Source of the DNA: Pristiophorus japonicus
Lineage: Eukaryota
DNA: 64,000 nt
Direction of reading: 5' to 3'
Assembly: GCF_044704955.1 (NCBI RefSeq)
Contig: NC_091989.1
Location: 8,990,001 to 9,054,000 of the forward strand
Position 1 is the stretch's first letter; every line of letters begins with the position of its first letter. Shown one piece after another: positions 61,321-64,000 of this stretch. Made by a program: the position numbers and the translations under genes. The notes beneath the pieces are model-generated. The model ran no database searches, was not told the origin of the DNA, and saw nothing but the letters and a program-made list of their open reading frames with translations.

Positions 61321-62654
61321 AATGCAATGGCATTTAATGAAAGGATTGGTTTTGAATGAATGCCTTTAATGATGTGACTGAATGAACAATTGCAATTGGA
61401 AGATGCTGGTGCAAAATGTGTCTCCTTCTATAATGGCCATGCATGGCAATCATCCAAAGTACCATAAAATAGCGTGAGGGAGAGGAAGGTATCGGGGTCA
61501 TTTCCCGACTGTGACAGATGGTCATGTTGGGAGTTACGATACACACTCTCAGTGCCAAGGTCCCCACCAGAAGTGCCTCTGCGATGCCACGCAAACTGTG
61601 GACAGCTAACTACTGGTGGGTGGTCCAGGCTAGGCTGACCTTGTGAACTCGGTAAACCTCCTCTTGGCTCGCAGCCGATGGCTGTGACTGTTGCAGCCTG
61701 CCTGGACGTGCATGGCCACTCCTCACAGCTCTGTGTAGCGCTCACCTGTGTGGCGGCAGTGCCCTGGGCTGCCAAATGGCAACACCCTCCTCGGCAGCGT
61801 TCGGCCTGACAGTGCGGCAACAGAAGCAGCGTGGAGATTTGGAGATTGGGGAGTTGGGACACTTCGGTCTGCCGTTGTTTTGTGCTTTGTGCAAAGGCGA
61901 TATTGGCCACAAATGCCATGAGCTGGATTGTCCGGTCCTTTGTGTCCTGGGGTTTCGGTCCGGAATGGTGTGACAGGCAGCGGCCAGTCTCCAGCGCCCC
62001 GCCGTGATCCCCGGGTCAGGTTTTGCCGCGGCACGGAGGAGCAGCACCGCCCAGGGGAGAGCTGCACCCGGTGTGCAAGGCCCCTGGTTACAGCACCAGC
62101 GTGAGTTTCGAGACTTGCCCGATCCGTCGGGCCGAAAGCGCGCCCGCAATGACTGCCTGGGAAATTAGAGCGGTGCGACCATCCCGGCGGCGGAGAGCTG
62201 AGTAATGGACTCCAAAAGTAAGTGCGATTGTTTTTTCTTTGAATTCTTTGTGCGATTCGTGTTGTGGTGGCGTGGGTAATGATTTAGGAATGTTTCTGTG
62301 GGGGTTTTTAGGTTCCCCCCCTCCTTCCCGCCCCAGGCGTCTCTTGGAGTTTCCCTTCCTTGCGCCAAAAGAGGTGTACAACGCCTCCCTTAGCGCTGCG
62401 CCCCCTGACTCAGGGTCCAGCTGCACAACTTACCGACAGATGCGCAAACTGTTCCCGGCCGCTAACTTTCCCACTACGCAGTCATTATCGGCGCAAAAAC
62501 ATAAAAGCCTCTTAAGTTAGACCATTGTGATTCTCGGTCTTCCAGCGGCACATTCACGCCACAATTTGATGACACAGGAACGACGTGGCCAATGATACAC
62601 ATCCAAGTTACTGGGCACGACACTGAATGGAACGACTGGTTAGTTAACAGGTTA

Positions 62655-63272
62655 ATCAGCTCATCTGCTGCTGAATGCATCATCCAGGTCTTTGTTACCT
62701 CTAGACTTGACTATTCCAATGTTCTCCAGGCCTCCCATTTTCCACCCTACATAATCTTGAGCTGGTCCAAATCTCTGCTGCCCGTGTCCGAACTCGCACC
62801 GTGTCTCGTTCACCCACCACCACTGTGCTCGCTGACCGACCTTGGCTTCCGGTCTGGCAACACCTCAATTTTAACATCTTCATCCTTATTTTCAAATCCC
62901 TCCATGGCCCTCGCCCCTCCCTATCTCTGTAATCTCCTCCAGCCCCACAACCCTCCGAGATATCTGCACTCCTTTAATTCTGGCACCTTTAGCATCCCTG
63001 ATTATAATCGTTCAACCATTGGTGGCAGTGCCTTCTGTTGCCTGGGCCCCAAGCTCTGGAATCCCCTTCCTAAACCTTTCCACCTCTCTACCTCTCTTTC
63101 CTCCATTAAGATGCTCCTTAAAATCTGCCTCTTTGACCAAGCTATTAGTCATCTGTTCTTATATCTCCATCCAGGGCTCAGTGTCAAACTTTGTTTGATG
63201 ACGCTCCTGCGAAACACCTTGGGACACTTCGTTACATTAAAGGCATTATATAAATGCCATTGTTCGTGTTGT
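62655..63272 (+). mobile_element. L2 LINE 3' fragment
   Basis: FVTSRLDYSN...PKLWNPLP; L2 tail. Confidence 0.88.
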
Positions 63273-63461
63273 TAACAGGGATGCATTTAGGAGCAATGAT
63301 AACATGAATATTGGTCTCTGTGAGTGCGTACACAATGTCCATCGCAGGTTTAATTTGTGTGAGGAGTTGGTACGGAAACAGTATAAACATAAAAATATTG
63401 GAATTTAGAAGGGACCCGTGTGCATGACCAAGCCATCGAGTCATGCTTGGTCATGCACACG

Positions 63462-63779
63462 AGTCATACGAATGCATGGGCCTTACACTAAGCATCCGTA
63501 AGACAAAGTCCTCCACCAACCTGACCCCGCCTCACAGCACTGCCCCCCACCCCCCCGCCCCCAACCTCACTCATCTAAATCCACGGCACAGCCTTGGACA
63601 ACGTGGACCACTTTCCATACCTCGGGAGCTTACTATCAGCAAGGGCAGACATTGATGCCTTCGGCCGCCTGAGGAAGAGAGTGTTTGAAGAGCAGGAACT
63701 CAAATCTGGCACCAAGCTTATGGTCTACAGGGCTGTAGTGATACCCGCCCTCCTGTATAGCTCAGAGACGTGGACCATA
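63462..63779 (+). mobile_element. RTE LINE internal fragment
   Basis: MGLTLSIRKTK; NVDHFPYLGSLLS; AFGRLRKRVF; YRAVVIPALLYSSETW. Confidence 0.85.
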
Positions 63780-64000
63780 TAAGAACATAAGAAATAGGAA
63801 CAGGAGTAGGCCATACGGCCCCTCGAGCCTGCTCCACCATTTAATACCATCATGGCTGATCCGATCATAGACTCAGCGCCACTTCCCCGCCTGCTCCCCT
63901 TATCCCCTTATCGTTTAAGAAACTGTCTATTTCTGTCTTAAATTTATTCAATGTCCCAGCTTCCACAGCTCTCTGAGGCAGCAAATTCCACAGATGTACA
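63780..64000 (-). mobile_element. CR1 LINE 3' end running off the window
   Basis: Tail homologous to 46389-46600. Confidence 0.88.

Overview
Eukaryotic, repeat-dominated DNA. The repeat families (tRNA-headed Deu-type SacSINE1-like SINEs, CR1, L2, RTE, Penelope remnants) point to a cartilaginous fish (shark) intergenic or large-intron region; this is inferred from repeat content only. No host protein-coding gene could be supported, and almost all ORF-track entries are TE fragments or antisense/tandem-repeat artefacts. The main feature is a young-looking endogenous retrovirus at 37541-43775 with a 5-bp TSD (CCAAG), a deleted 5' LTR/PBS/MA, and gag-pro-pol-env with a gamma-type env. Its gag-pro junction carries a correctly phased A_AAA_AAC slippery site plus stem, suggesting -1 frameshifting rather than the UAG readthrough typical of gamma/epsilon retroviruses. 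Other notable items: a spliced Harbinger Myb/SANT gene with a 45-bp coding repeat and its MITE; Penelope ends with minimal hammerhead-ribozyme motifs; a bipartite RTE-derived non-autonomous retroposon; a recurrent SINE-tail/LINE chimera; several Gypsy LTR remnants with TSDs; two minisatellites; and four short templated fold-back inversions in or next to retroposons. Repeat boundaries are by-eye estimates unless a TSD or TIR is quoted.
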